From IMG/VR virus record IMGVR_UViG_2534681762_000007: DNA of 31,920 bases; one strand, written 5' to 3'. This document shows, in pieces, positions 31,168 to 31,920 of this stretch. Numbering within the stretch: position 1 is the first letter of the stretch; the number at the start of each line of letters is the position of its first letter. The notes beneath the pieces are model-generated. The model worked only from the letters and a program-made list of their open reading frames with translations, was not told the origin of the DNA and did not search any database. Source of the DNA: a virus (Duplodnaviria > Heunggongvirae > Uroviricota > Caudoviricetes). Position numbers and translations under genes: made by a program.

Positions 31168-31920
31168 ATGGACACCTCACTTGCTCATGAGAACGCCCGC
31201 CTGCGGGCACTGTTGCAGACGCAACAGGACACCATACGCCAGATGGCTGAATACAACCGCCTGCTCTCACAGCGGGTGGCGGCTTATGCTTCCGAAATCA
31301 ACCGGCTGAAGGCGCTGGTTGCGAAACTGCAACGTATGCAGTTCGGTAAAAGCTCAGAAAAACTTCGTGCAAAAACCGAACGGCAGATACAGGAAGCACA
31401 GGAGCGAATCAGCGCACTTCAGGAAGAAATGGCGGAAACGCTGGGTGAGCAATATGACCCGGTACTGCCATCCGCCCTGCGCCAGTCTTCAGCCCGTAAA
31501 CCGTTACCGGCCTCACTTCCCCGTGAAACCCGGGTTATCCGGCCGGAAGAGGAATGCTGTCCTGCCTGTGGTGGTGAACTCAGTTCTCTGGGATGTGATG
31601 TGTCAGAGCAACTGGAGCTTATCAGCAGCGCCTTTAAGGTTATCGAAACACAACGTCCGAAACTGGCCTGTTGTCGGTGCGACCATATCGTGCAGGCACC
31701 AGTACCTTCAAAACCCATTGCACGCAGTTATGCCGGAGCGGGGCTCCTGGCCCATGTCGTCACCGGAAAATATGCAGACCATCTGCCGTTATACCGCCAG
31801 TCAGAGATATACCGCCGTCAGGGTGTGGAGCTGAGCCGTGCCACACTGGGGCGCTGGACAGGTGCCGTTGCTGAACTACTGGAGCCGCTGTATGACGTCC
31901 TGCGCCAGTATGTGCTGATG
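31168..31920 (+). CDS. IS66-family transposase TnpC (orf3), 5' part only; runs off window
   Basis: Open frame from ATG 31168: MDTSLAHENARLRALLQTQQDTIRQMAEYNRLLSQRV...CPACGGELSSLGCDVSEQLELI...; coiled-coil then zinc-finger as in IS66 TnpC; no stop before window end. Confidence 0.8.
   Translation, partial: MDTSLAHENARLRALLQTQQDTIRQMAEYNRLLSQRVAAYASEINRLKALVAKLQRMQFGKSSEKLRAKTERQIQEAQERISALQEEMAETLGEQYDPVLPSALRQSSARKPLPASLPRETRVIRPEEECCPACGGELSSLGCDVSEQLELISSAFKVIETQRPKLACCRCDHIVQAPVPSKPIARSYAGAGLLAHVVTGKYADHLPLYRQSEIYRRQGVELSRATLGRWTGAVAELLEPLYDVLRQYVLM

Larger units (their letters stand above)
30071..31920 (+). mobile_element. IS66-family insertion sequence (left end; element continues beyond window)
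   Basis: Three co-oriented genes typical of IS66 family (TnpA-like HTH protein, 115-aa TnpB, large TnpC); left boundary inferred from loss of lambda E homology, end starts GTAA. Confidence 0.85.

Overview
This window is the left junction and most of the body of a mosaic, multiply inactivated lambda-type prophage inserted at the lambda attachment site next to host gene ybhC. All comparisons to phage lambda and to the E. coli K-12 DLP12 prophage are from memory; I had no alignment or search tools. From left to right: ybhC; attL (core GCTTTTTTATACTAA at 1331..1345); lambda int; lambda xis split by an IS1 with a 9-bp target duplication; a non-lambda AT-rich accessory cassette; lambda-like ea22 fragment, three small ORFs, exo, bet and gam; a non-lambda immunity module (PL-like promoter, an orphan 313-aa gene in the rexAB slot, an S24-type CI repressor, Cro-like and YdaT-like genes, and an O N-terminus with its own iterons); lambda O C-terminus, P and ren; a DLP12-like nin/late/lysis block (emrE, ybcK, ybcN, ninE, ybcO, rusA, ylcG, quuD, intact nmpC porin, essD, rrrD, rzpD/rzoD, borD); then lambda cos, nu1, A, W, a frameshifted B fused to C, D, and E truncated by an IS66-family element that runs off the window. 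No tRNA, rRNA or CRISPR array was recognised. The most interesting candidates are the orphan gene in the rex slot, the int-proximal accessory cassette, and an ORF-free stretch flanked by orphan ORFs in the nin region.
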